A DNA stretch of 64,000 nucleotides from Takakia lepidozioides. Its lineage: Eukaryota; Plantae; Bryophyta. The stretch spans positions 88,226,001 through 88,290,000 of the forward strand of contig CM060731.1 in the NCBI GenBank assembly GCA_030704615.1, written 5' to 3'. The notes below the pieces were generated by a model. That model did not search any database. It had not been told where the DNA came from and saw only the letters and a list, made by a program, of their open reading frames with translations. Below, piece by piece: positions 34,736 to 47,300 of the stretch (positions are counted from its first letter, which is position 1; each line of letters opens with the position of its first letter). Made by a program: the position numbers and the translations under genes.

Positions 34736-35431
34736 TTAATGTGGCAATAACCAAAACTCCCTTCTGTAATATCTCTCGTATATGCCTGGGTTTCTTTCAA
34801 GCTTCAATGCACCCTTGGCTATACTTGAAGTCTCCGTTACCATATAACCATATGGCAAACAAGTCTGGAAAGCTGTTCTTGGTGTGAGTTTGATCCACAA
34901 AATATCCTTTGGAATCCAATTCTTTACCAGTACAAGCTCTTCATGCATATGAGTATAAACATTCACCTTTCTTCCCTCCCAGCCTTCAAACTCTACTCGC
35001 TTAATGGATGGCAATGCTATCACATAAACCAATGTTGGAAACCAACGTGCTCTTCCTCTACAGGCCACCTGATAAATCTTTATCACTCCTTTCTCCAGAC
35101 CCCACTCAGGGTCAGCATCATGCACTCTCTTAAGAATGTTTTCTTTACAACCGTCTGGCAATTCCAAAAACCTCTGGAAGAATCGTTTGGACAATCTTTC
35201 CTTCTCTGTTTCACAAGGAATTTGATTCACATCAAATTCTTTAATTCTCCATCCACCATGATCCCACCAGATGCCTGTCACATCTGGTTGTTCATGACCA
35301 AGTTCCCCAGTATGGTCGCCAAATGTCGCGCGGCTTTTACTCACCCATCCTTTCGCTATCCGAGGCGGAAACTCCAAGATAGAAGAGTTGGAAATCTCTA
35401 AGTACTCAGCCCGCTCAAAACAATCAGTCAT
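34736..35431 (-). CDS. Extra ORF upstream of gag, unknown function (231 aa)
   Basis: ATG-initiated ORF just downstream of the LTR, with protein-like composition. Confidence 0.5.
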   Translation of the reverse strand: MTDCFERAEYLEISNSSILEFPPRIAKGWVSKSRATFGDHTGELGHEQPDVTGIWWDHGGWRIKEFDVNQIPCETEKERLSKRFFQRFLELPDGCKENILKRVHDADPEWGLEKGVIKIYQVACRGRARWFPTLVYVIALPSIKRVEFEGWEGRKVNVYTHMHEELVLVKNWIPKDILWIKLTPRTAFQTCLPYGYMVTETSSIAKGALKLERNPGIYERYYRREFWLLPH

Positions 35432-35482
35432 GACCTACAGCTAGTGTATCATGGGTCCTATTTGTTTTCCTTCCCGCATTCA

Positions 35483-36313
35483 TGTTAGCTAGTTACCTTA
35501 CTGTTGGTAATTAAGTATCAGTTTGCTTCATCAATCTATCGGATTCCATCAACTCATCCATTCATTCCACAGCTTCACTCAGATCTCTCTACACAGTGTG
35601 AGTATGAAGTGAGTATCAGATTAATATCTATCAAGTATAAGGCTGAAGCCATGGAGTCTCTAATCTGCTCTACATTACAATTCTACTGCCTGCATTCATT
35701 AAGCATCAACAGATCCTCCTCCTACTCCGGGCTCTCCCTCTTTCTGCTCAGAGATACGCTCTCTCCTCATTTCCCCCAGTGATGTCCGAAGTCCCCCCAA
35801 GAAGTGCTCCTCCCACTCCTTCCAGCAGTGATTCCCCCAGAAGTGATCCAAGAATTGATCATTTTCCAGTCCTTGCTCCTAGTTTTATCTTCCTCCGTTG
35901 TTCTAACCGTTTCCCTCACTAACCGTCGTCCGTGAACTAACATGTTCCATTCGCCGGTGTTGTTCCCCACAGTCGTTCCTTGTCCTGCTATCCGTTCCCT
36001 ATGGCCGTGACAGCTGTGTCAAGCTGTGACTGGCTGTGTGAAACTGTGACGGGCTGTGACTGGGTGTGCGACTGTGTTTGGCTGTGTCGGGCTGTGACTG
36101 GCTGTGTGGCTGTGTCGGCTGTGATGGGTTGTGTTGGCTATGATGGGCAGTGTCGGACTGTGACGGGCTGTGTTGGCTGTGACGGGCTGTGTAACCCCCC
36201 CTAAAGTGCGCTGTTGTCACCCCTAAGGCTCCTGTTGGTCTCAGTCTATGCAAAAATTAAGGGTACCCCACAGATCCCGTATAAGTGTCTAAGTCCCAGA
36301 CAGTCCTCTAACA
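35483..36313 (-). repeat. Putative 5' LTR (831 bp)
   Basis: On the - strand it starts TGTTAG and ends CTAACA; it contains GCTGTGAC repeats at 36005-36190. No second LTR is in the window to confirm it. Confidence 0.7.
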
Positions 36314-36333
36314 AAGGGGGTGAGGGAGATTAC

Positions 36334-39258
36334 CAAACGGGCTGCTTGGCCGGCAACTCCTGCCCGGCCCCAACGCGAGGGGTTTGTGACACAGGCACGC
36401 GCTTGCTTCATCCCTTCAGCCTTTGCAAGTCCACGAGGGGACTCCCAGTAGGCAACAAGCTTATCCCAATAGGCGGGTTCAGTGTTCATTGGCCTCACAC
36501 CAGTCTTCGCCCATTTATCTTTCAGTTTTGCTCTTTCTCCTTTCATTATCTTCCCACATTGCTTCACTATAAAATCACGATTGGCAGGGATAGGTGTGTA
36601 CTTGTACATTCCATTTATGCCCTCTATTACTGTTGACATGGCACTCTGGGACTCCTGGTCAATGTCTTGTACGCTTGAGTCAAGGTAACGCAATGCCAGG
36701 CCACGCAAATCACGCTGCCAGTGTTCCTTACCTTCGCAACCAGCATTGATGACTCCATTTCCATGCACCTCCACCTTGTGGTACTTTAGCCCTGCAGCCA
36801 CCCTTCCCTCTCCATCTCCTTCCCATTGTTTCATGGCATGATGTCGTTCCTTCCTCAGCTCTGATGTCCGTTTCCTGCCCCCATGCTCTGGAGCAGCGCC
36901 GTCATACGTTGTGGGGGGTGACTGATGTGTGCCGGAGGGGGGAGGGCCGTATGGAGATGTGGGAGGCCCCCATTGTGACGTGGCAACATCAGGAAGCCAG
37001 CGCCACGACCCCGAAGCAGGGGGGGCTCCCCATGGTGCACTCTGTTGTGGAGACCATCCGGCAGGGGGTGGGTGCCAAGGTTCGTGTTGGTTGGCATTGT
37101 GTGGTGGCTGTGAGTGCTTTGCTGCAGCTTCACTCCCCTTCCGCTGCCAAAAACATCCCACACACAAGGTGCATCAGCTGTAGTCCTACTGAACACAACG
37201 TCACCAGAGCACAAACCATCCCACAACCACAACTATGGATTGGCTGACCTCAAACCCACTCCCCTGCAGCGCAAAGTGCCAAAAACTGAAAAGGAGAGGG
37301 ACAGAATGTCCTCATAACATGTAAGCCCATTCATTGGTGAAGAAACAGAATGTGGGCGGGTTCACATCAGTACCACATGAAACTTACCAGGAAACAGAAC
37401 ATCCATCCGGGTTTTGCACATATCCAGTGGACATCTATTCACACAATCAGCAAATGGCTGTATGGCGGAGCCCAGCAACGGAGCCCCAAAAGGCCTAAAG
37501 ACTCTCAATGTTGGTAAACACAGGTGCAGACACAATTCAATTGAAAGGATATTGCAGACCTAGCCTCGTTGGAGTTATCAACGCATATAGCAAATGTGTA
37601 CTCCAACGCAGGTGCAATGACGTGACAAAGCAACATTTCCTTGACCTAAAAACTAGTCCCTCTGCACACAGTGGTAGACCCGAAGGTTTTTCCACGATGT
37701 CCTCCCCCATGACACAAATTGAAAATATGTTCAGGGATGTTTTCTGCCTAACTCCATTTTCTGCCCAATCAGATCTCCTCTACGCTGATGATGTTGCCCT
37801 TTTGGTACAATCCCCGGTCTTTCTGCAACGCCATATCAAAATTTTGGAACAGTTCTGCAAAGACTATGGGATGCAAGTCAATCTTAGCAAGACCAAGATC
37901 ATGGTCTTCAATGGCCAGGCTGATCGTAGATTTTCAACCAGCAGGAAATTGAGATTGTCAAATCATACCGGTACCTAGGTCTGGTTATCCACTCCCCCAA
38001 GTTTCACTTTGCAGCCACTGCCTTGGACAGATTGACTAAAGATAAGGCGGCCTCCGTCCGCCTTCACGCCAAATGCAAGCAAATACATCTGCGGCATCCC
38101 CCGACCAAAAAGTGGTTGTTTGACACCGTCGTCAGCCCTGCTACCATCAATGGTTGTGAGTTTTGGGCACCTGCTGTCCCTGTCTCCTGGTGGGAAAAGA
38201 ATTTGGAACCATTACAGTCATCTTTTCTCCAAGCAATGCTTGGCGCCAGGAGCACAACTCCATCTCAGATCCTAGGTGCAGCGTTCGCATGTGTACCATT
38301 GCAATCCGAGGCACAGGCTTACAATCTTTCTCCATAGATTGCAGGCCCTTCCACCCAAAGGGCTAGTGGCAAGGGCCCTCACAACATCTATGAGGCTCAA
38401 AGCTGCAGGTTTTGGGAACTCCTGGTATGCTCGAGTGGACAGTTTATTGAAACGTAACGGGCTTTCTACTGCTTTCCTATTACCAATGAACCCACATGAG
38501 GTGGACATCACATCCAGACATGACCGCAACAGACTCATTCAGAGAGAGCTTATGGAATTACATGTCAAGAGAACTTGGATGCTACCCAATCTCACAACAA
38601 AGCTCCACTTCTATCGAGAGACATTCTTGGTGCTCCGCGATGATATAATCTTCAGACCAAATTACCTTTCAGCACCCTTACCTCCTTCCCTCTTGAGGGC
38701 ATTGGGGCGGTTCAGGGTGGGTTCCCACAACCTACGGATAGATACTGGCAGATGGGAAAACCTGCAACGGGAGGACCGCCTATGTCCAGCTTGCATAGGG
38801 CGCAGCAAGGAAATTGAAATTGAAGAACACTTCTTCTTCTACTGCCCTGTATACTACGACATCCGTTTGAACAACTTTGTGGATATGTGCATCCCAGTTT
38901 CAGTTTCAAGAGAACTCAACGCCCAGAAAACAAGAACACAAGTAGGGGTAGAACTCACCTCATGCGCAGCGGTTTTGTGCCGTTTGCGCACCTTTTGGAG
39001 AGACTCTGCAGATGGAGGTGCAATTTCCTCCGAACTGTCCTCCACCTCATCGTCGTCGCCCATGCTATACTCGCTTGTGTCAAAATCCGAACTCAAAGAC
39101 CGCCCACCGCTCTGCCTTCCCTCTCGCACCGACGCCATCTGTACCGGATTCAGTCGAGCCAGGCGGGGGCTCCTTTGCACCGCGGGGTTGGAATGTGCAG
39201 AAGTGGGAGGAGGTGATGCTGCCTCGGCGGTCGACCACTTCTTACTAGGCGTGGACAT
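36334..39258 (-). CDS. CACTA accessory (TnpA / Ptta-EnSpm-like) gene, spliced and partial; LINE in intron 1, Gypsy in the next intron
   Basis: WDKLVAYWESPRGLAKAEGMKQARACVTNPSRWGRAG resembles the Ptta/EnSpm motif. Donors are GAG|GTGAGT (38959) and TTG|GTAATC (36334). Putative exon 1 is 39258-38959. Confidence 0.6.
37770..38870 (+). mobile_element. 5'-truncated, frameshifted non-LTR retrotransposon (LINE, RTE/RTEX-like ORF2 end)
   Basis: LLYADDVALL..LEQFCKDYGMQVNLSKTKIMVF; RFRVGSHNLRIDTGRW..RLCPAC..EEHFFFYCPVY (CCHC). Confidence 0.85.
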
Positions 39259-40969
39259 AGACCATGACAAAGATGAAGACGAGCGAGGACATAGACCATG
39301 ACCAAGACAAAGACGAGCGAGGAAGACCAAGACATGCAAAGGAGGAAAGAAGGACAAGGAGGGGAGTGTGATCACACACCCCCCCGATCTGTAGTGAAGA
39401 TCCGGCCGTTGTTGATTTCAAATATGAACACGTGTCGTGCATCCGACACTATGCCTTTTTGACTTTGAGACGTTAAACACTAAACCACTTACAATCCTCC
39501 AGACAACTACATGTAGTGATTCACACAACTGACATGGATCCGTTAACTTTTTTTCGTTCAAAATTAGGCAAAAGAAACACACTGCAATGATGCCGTGTAT
39601 GGCTCCGCTTTACATGCATTCTTGGAGAAAATGCGCATGATGTGTGAGAAGTGAACACAGTGCTCTGCCAAATGATTCACCAAAAACAAACTCAACTATA
39701 GTGGTTCTCCCATCGCAGAGAAGGGTCCATTCGACACCCATCGCACCATGCCAGGTTGAGGTCCTCACACACACACCTACACACCGAGAATTTGCGAACC
39801 CACATCAGCTGGGAGAACATGGAAATTACCCCGTGGATCACATGCAAGCATGAATGAGAAATGGGTTTATGTTACATGGGAGATTTTGGTGTACCTGCGC
39901 GACATGCAACTCTGTCTACATACTCCATAAGTCACTGTCCCAAGACCCAAGTGGACAGGGGAGGCCGGTGAGTCTGTACCACAAATGGTAATCATACAGC
40001 AGAGGGTACTGCTGCCCAACGTGCAAAAGCCGCCGACTGCAGGATGCTAGGCATGCAAACTCAGGCACAACACGCCTCCTCTGCACCCCACTCCGTCCCA
40101 ACCAGTGCAAAACAACCGTGCATGCATTGACTGCCCTCTGGCTTTCTCTCCAAGCATTTGGGGGTCTGCGATCTGCTACACGTAAGTGTCTTTGAATGCG
40201 ACGATCAAAGGATCCGGTCACTTGCAGTTGTCGTCTCAAGGGCAGCATTGCAAGAATCAGAATTAAGTAAGAAAGATGGTGGAAGAAGCTGCAAACAGCA
40301 AATGAGTGAAGTGGCAGGGTGATGCTCCATTTTTAACATGCTCCCCTTCCCGCCATGGTGATAGACCCACACAAATGGACTCCCTTCCCGCCACGGTGCA
40401 ATTTCACGGCAACGGAACGGGATTGTCCGCCGAAACGTGATTTGGAGATGGCCTAAGACAAGTGGCGCAGGTTCTGGCCTTGTAGTCAGGTTGTTCACAC
40501 TTCAATGCACACATTTCATACACATTCAACCATATGCCCAAGATCACAACGTCGTCAATCGTGAAAATTGAAATTCCACGTACGTCCTCCGATTCCTCAC
40601 ACACACACGAACTGTAGAGACAGGTCGTTTTCCAGGATGTCGTTGTTTGAGTCGATTTTGGTCATTTCTCTCAGTGTCTTGTTGAAAAGATTCTAGTTAT
40701 GATGGGAAGCATCGTGATGGCTTTTAAATGGTTTGCTGTTGAGTGTAACTTTTCATCATGTTGTGGAATCTATGAGTTCACACAAAATGTCAACTGTCTT
40801 CTCTGCCAAAGGATGTGCGACTGAACCTTTCAAATTGAGATTGCAGGAGGAGGGAATTGACGATAGTGAAATGGGAGTGGCAGAGCCAAATTGAGGAATC
40901 TTTGCAAAGGAGAATCCGGCCCCCTGCAACGGCGTGCACAAACAGCATTCAAGATGCTCCCCAACAAAA

Positions 40970-43900
40970 ATGAGTTCCCCTCGCCTATGCGGAGGACTTC
41001 CAATTAATCACCCCTGTAGACAGAACACTCGAGATGACAGGTTGTGGGAAAGAGAAGTGGCACGTGCCCGAGCCCTTGGGCTTTCAAGGATGCCATGCCC
41101 ATGTGAACGTTGTTTGGGCACTACAAGTAGATCTGAGGACGGTGTGCGCACACATCTCCTTCACCACAAAAGACATGAAGCATTTCGGGTGTGGATTGGA
41201 GATGGACCTGCAGACGAAGACAATGAGTAGTGGGCACAATTGGACAATGCACACCCCCGAGGGAGCCATACAGACAGGCCAAACGAGGACTATGTCATGG
41301 GCGCAGGACATGAACCAGGCATGGACGGAGGGGTGGAGATTACTCGAATGTTGCAGGAAGCATTCCACATCATGGACGATGCTGAAGAGGGGGACGGCGC
41401 TGCGACAACTGGGGATGGTGATGACGCAGGAAATGAAGGCATTCATGTGGGGGAAGGCGTGGAAGGACGTGGAGATGGAGAATTGAATTCTGCACACATG
41501 ACACTAGAAGAAGCATGTGTGCCACTGTACGAGGGATGCAAATCCACAAAGCTTGCTGCCACCATGCTGTTGATGAACTTGTGCACAACCCACGGTGTCT
41601 CAGACCATTTTGTGGACGAGTTGTTCTCTTTGCTTCGGCTGAACTTGCTTCCACAACCAAATGAAATGCCAAAAAACTGTCACATGGCCAACCAAATGAT
41701 TGGGAAGCTCGGCCTCAACAACGTGAAAATACATGCATGTCCAAAAGGACATGTACTTTTCAGAAGAGAGTACAAGGATGCTATGGAGTGCCCCAAATGC
41801 GGTGCAACCCGATACCATGATGTGGGCAGGTTACAACAGCCAGCCAAGGTGTTGAGGCACTTTCCCCTTATCCCCCGTCTATTACGAATGTACAAATGCA
41901 AGACCATTAGTGAGCTCATGACTTGGCATTCCAGGAATGCCTCAAACGATGGTTTGGTAAGGCATGTCCCAGATTCCCTTGCATGGAAGCATATAGATGC
42001 AACTTGGCCCGATTTTGCCGAGGACCCACGCAATGTGCGATTGGCTGTATCTACGGATGGAGTAAACCCATACGGATCAAAGAGTTGCACATGGTCCACA
42101 TGGCCCGTGCAGTTGGTGGCATACAACCTGCCACCATGGTTGACAACAAAGAAATTCTTTGTCATGTTGTCTCTCTTGATTCCAGGCAAGGAGTCCGTGA
42201 CAAATGCAAACATAGATGTGTATTTGCAACCATTGATTGAAGAGCTACAGGAACTATGGATTGGAGTTGAAGCTTATGACATTTTGAAACCAGTAGGGCA
42301 ACGGAGTTTCACCCTCCGTGCCATACTCATGTGGTCAATCCATGATTTCCCCGCATATGGCCTTGTTGCGGGTTGCAAGACGAAGGGCTACAAAGGGTGC
42401 CCCATTTGTGGGCCCTATGTGGATTCACGGCACTCAAAGCCACTAGGGAAGACAATATACATGGGGCATCGACGTTACCTTGCAAGAAACCACCCCTACC
42501 AACGAGCAGGAAGGCACTTCAATGGATGTGTTGAAAAGAGAATGACACCAAATGCTGTGACACCGGAGGAGACATTGCAATTTGCAAAGGAGAAAGAGGC
42601 GTTCATGGAGATTGGAGGGAGAGACGGAAGTAGTGCGGATCCAGCCATGGAGCACGGGGTGAAGCGCCGAACAATCCTTTGGGATTTGCCATACTGGAAG
42701 GTGCATGAATCCCCCCCCCCCCATTCACTCAGTTTCTTTCACATTGTGCTTCCTGGAATTACCTTTACTGTCAGGAGTCCTTCCACCAACTCCTAAGTCA
42801 GTGTAACTACTATGCAGTAGATGTTGAAGTCGTACACCTCACTGTGGAGAGGATCGTGGAGTTGTTGAAAGCAGAATGTAGTAACATGGACAACTTCTGC
42901 CACATATTCTACTTTTTTTGCCCATAGAACTTGGTCTCATGGGAGGACATTTGGCATTTCAGAACCTCTTGCAGCGGTACCTCCTGGACCCCATGCATTG
43001 TGAGAAGAACTTCTGCGAGAACATTCTGAAGACTATCTTTGGGGAGAAGGATACGATAAACGTACGAAAGGACATGGAGATTGAAGGGATACGGTCACAT
43101 CTGTGGCTAAGGCCTGATCCAAATAGACCAGGCAAAGTGCTGATGCCAGCAGCATCATACGTCCTGACCAAATCAGAGCAAGAGGATTTTTTGAAGACAT
43201 TGGGAGCCATGAAAGTGCCAACCGGATTCTCGGGTGCTTTCCAAAAGCATGCCATAAACAAGAAATGGTCGGGGATGAAGTCACATGATCTACACGTGAT
43301 GATGCAACAGATTTTGCCAGTGTGCATTCGGGGTACGATGGCGCCAGGTCCTCGAACAGCCATAATGCGTGTAAGTCGAGTGTTTAGGAAGATTTGTGCG
43401 AAGGTGTGGGATCCGAGGGACATTACATCGTTGCATGAGGATGTGGCTATGACCCTATGTTTGCTGGAGAAAGAATTCCCTCCATCATTCTTTGACGTCA
43501 TGACGCACTTGCTAGTGCATCTTGTAGAGGAGTTGCATGTGTGTGGACCCGTAGCCAGCCGGTGGATGTACCCCATGGAGAGGTACATGAAGGATCTGAA
43601 GGGGTATGTACGCAACATGGCATGGCCAGAGGGAGTATGGCGGAGGGCTACATCCGCGACGAAGCCCTGGGCTTCATGACAGAGTATATGTCTTCATTTG
43701 ATGCAATACAACGACGGGTGTGGGACGAGAACGAGGAAGAAGGAGTTGTAGGCGAGGTCCTAGAAGGTGGTGGAACAAAGTGTGCCATGAGCCCGCGCCT
43801 TCGGGATGTGGCACATGATTATGTGCTGAACAACACAACAACCATGACACCATGGAGACAGTGGGTGCCAACTTACATCCCTCCTGTGCTATTCTTAATG

Positions 43901-44377
43901 GTCTTTGTATGCTGGAATTACATATATATTGTCACAAGTCATTCCAGCCACTATGGGAGTGGGATCGTGTACTAACAGGGTGCTTCAGACGACTACAGAG
44001 GGTGTTTCGTAGATCTTGGTTGTTGCTTGCAAGTGATTATGAAGTAGGCTGCATCACTACAGTGTGCTTGAAAGGACACACACTCTGCATGTGGCATGCA
44101 TGTACAACACGGTGTTGGTCAGGGGGACTGAGTTGCAGCTTCTATTTGGTTTCTGCCAGAAAGTACGCAGCGGAGAAGGTCCGCTTGAAAACGGAATGGA
44201 GTGCATTTGCAAAAGCATGGCGGAGGGGCAGTCGTAGGCGCAGATCCCCGGTGGAGTACCCCACAACAATGGAGGAGCTGCAGCCCTTTACAGTGTGGGT
44301 CAGATCTGCAATTGCAGTGTACGCATCAAAGAACGAGGACCCAGATGAGGGCATGGTGAGTCTGTCATTCCCCCCAG
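40970..44377 (+). pseudogene. CACTA/EnSpm TnpD-type transposase (stop at 41228, frameshift ~43630, 3'-truncated)
   Basis: PCPCERC..HL associated domain; DPRNVRLAVSTDGVNPY..STWPV..YNLPPW; DFPAYG; intron 42701-42962; DPMHCEKN, MKSHD, FPPSFFDVMTHLLVHL, WMYPMER. Confidence 0.92.
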
Positions 44378-47300
44378 GGCTGCTCTTGCGCATTCGTCGT
44401 CACCTGTGGAGATTCTCCATCAGATTGCTTTCCTCAAAAAATACAATAAATCCACCCCCTACAAGAGTAGAAGCGCCAAATGAAGCGTGGGGAAGTACCT
44501 GAAACCACCATGTCATGCGGTTCATCCACATGTCGAATGTGGGGTCAGACAGTTTGTCGGGTTTGGGGAAGCTCCACATGTCCCTTATACTTTGGGAACC
44601 ATTCCAGATTTGGAGCCACCGGGTCTGTCCAACCACCTAGCATATTAGTAAGCGCCAAACACCACAAAAACGAGTTGTTGCCACAACAATTTGGTTAAGA
44701 ATGTATCACCTTTTCTGTTGCATCCACAGAGGATGTGGCTAGACGATGGAGCTTCTCCAATGTCATCGTGGGCTTCAGAGCGCGGGAGTAGTGCTTCCCC
44801 ACCTCCACCAGAAAGTCGGCACCAAGGGCGGGATCAGCTATGGCCACGTACTTTACCATCCGTGACTTGTACTTTATGCGGGCCTTCGCCTCCGCAGCTT
44901 TGAGATACGATTCCAGTGCTGGGAGGGTTAGTTTCTTCTCCTCTGACTCCATGTAGAACCTCCGCGCATGTGCCAAATCATGCTGAATTTTCGTCTGTCA
45001 AGAATGCGCACATAAGATTAGAAATCCCGGTCAACACTTTTTCTTCTTTTGGGGGACTAGAGACAGATTAGGTAAACAAAACAATAAGAGCTTTACCCGA
45101 AATATGTAGTCCACCATGGCGTCCATGCTCAGCCTATACCAGGTTCTGTCTGCCTTTGCCTCCGACTTGCGCAGGAGGTCGGCACTCAGCGAATTGGCAA
45201 ACTCTTGCACCCCCTGCTTCCGGACGTCCTTCACTCGGAAGAGCATATGGGACAAGTTGGTGGCAATGAAGGCATTCTCAGTCACCCTGCAGTGCCACAT
45301 TTCCATCAAACAATACTGAAATGGGAATTTGCAACATATATCAGGATTCGCAATGAAATGACTTACAAATTGAAAGTCCAAAAGCAAGAGGCGTTGTAAC
45401 TTACGAGTTGATGTCCGCCATTGCAGCTTTGAGAAGACTGCGATCTTTGGGCCCCGCAACCTTCAGCACAACACACTCCACGGCGAAATGCCAATCCAGG
45501 TCGTTGGGGTGGGCTTCGGCTATGTACTCCATCCATGCCAGGAGGCGATGATTGTCGTCCCACACGTAAAACATCTTTCCGGACAAGTGCTGGAAAAGAG
45601 GATCAGTAGCAATCGATCTCTCGAACTCCTCATTTTGCCTTTGCCAATGGGGACCCCATTTGTCCACCTCATCGGAAGTGTGGGCACGGGAAGCTCTGTG
45701 GTCGTTCTCAATGGAAACGTAAAATGCGGCAGACCCCATTCGATATCCCTCCCGGAAAGAGAATTTCAGCTTGTCGATATCGCCTGGGAGGGCAGGTCTC
45801 ACCACCTGCAATGACACCAAGCGGCAAAGGGGAATTCGAAGCTTGGCCGGGTACACCATGCCCCCCAGCACCCTGCCAATGTTGCTATGGGTTGCCTCCA
45901 ACATCTTGGCAGCGGCCAACTTCATATCCGCCTCCGACATGACGTCTGCTGCAGAGGGGTTCTCCGGCAGGCCACCAGGACCGCCAAATCCAGCCTGTAT
46001 GCTGCGGGTTTGGGGCCTGGGGATGTCTGGGAGGATGTCATCCTGGTCAGAAAGCTCCCTGTCGTCCTCCTCAACATGGTCAACCACCGACAGAAGCACC
46101 TCCACCACTCTCCCCGTCTCTACTGCCCTCTCCGCGGCTTCACCTCGAACTCCCACAATCCGGGCTCTTTGTGGTGTTCTTTCCCCTCCTCCAGTCTCCA
46201 CCGTATGGGTGATTGCGTGGGCTGCTCCCACCCACGATGGTGTAACCGGTAAGGATGCAGCCGCGCTATTGCCTTTTTCTGGTGTCTTGGAGGGATCCAG
46301 CTTCTCTGTGCGACCCTCGCTTACGAGAGGTGTCATGTCGTCACCCCTGGCCTCTTCAGTGGCCTTTTCTCTTGCCTCATGGCTAGCCTTGTGTCTCGCC
46401 TGTTCTTTTGCCCTCTCACGGGCTTTCTATTTCTTACTAGGGGTAGCAGCAGGGGAGGCCTCCAGATCAACCACCTTTGATTGAGGCGATCGGACACCCT
46501 CGGACGACCTGGTCCCTCCCCCCTCCGCAGCCTGTGAAGGCTCTCTCACCGGGGATTGCATCTGCTTGGCTTTCTTCTTCTTCTTCTTTACGTGGGCGGG
46601 CCCTACTGCATGTGCATGAGCTTCCTCCAATAATGGATCTGGTGTCCTCATCCGATGGGCTTCACCTGCCATGCCGCCTACACCAACCTCCAGAATACCA
46701 ACTAAAGAAGCAATATTATGTTTTCCTTCCCGCCCCAAGTTGGGCGATCCAAACATGCGAAGCACTACCTTCGATGACTGCTGCCCACTAGCGCTTTTGG
46801 AGTGACTGCTCGAGCAGTTGGAGCTATCGATGATACCACCAGTGTGTCGCGCTCGTCTTCACTCTGACATCCCCAACAATCGTCAGAACCACCATGGCAA
46901 CCTAAACCACCATTGCAACAATCGTGGACCAACAATGAAAACAAACCCACTGAATGCCTAACAATCACACGCATTGCAAACTATCAATGGTTCACTCAAC
47001 CAGTAACTTGCGGAAATAAACATGGAAATGTAAGGACGATTTCACAAAAGGGGAAAACAGGCTTTTCAAGGCACTTGATATGCCTAGACAATCTTCTCAG
47101 CCCAGCATGGATTTCCTTCATTTTGAGATGCAACCTGTCATCTACTGCGAAGGTGTGCAGCCTGTTGCAAATCTCAATGCAGCAACAACCTGGGTCCTTT
47201 CTAACCCCTCTTACCTTCATCATTCTTCTCACCAACTCTATGCAATCATGAAGAACTATGAAAACAAACTCAATGAATGCCTAAAAATCACATGCAGAAG

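Larger units (their letters stand above)
24047..36313 (-). mobile_element. Ty3/Gypsy LTR retrotransposon with extra ORFs; 3' LTR absent (cut at the PPT)
   Basis: Order on the - strand: LTR, extra ORFs, gag, PR-RT-RH-IN, long extra ORF, purine tract GAGAGG(G) at ~24047-24052. Confidence 0.9.

Noticed and set aside
36288-36300. CTAAGTCCCAGA shared between the Gypsy LTR edge and the hairpin satellite arms
   Set aside because: Only 12 bp with no flanking similarity; chance cannot be excluded.
39400-40930. Possible gene between the TnpA-like and TnpD genes
   Set aside because: Only short ORFs without recognisable motifs; treated as intergenic.
45771-46484. Long antisense ORFs (also 404-1204, 10008-11096, 19224-20405, 42959-43618)
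   Set aside because: They are shadows of real coding sequence on the opposite strand and have no motifs of their own.
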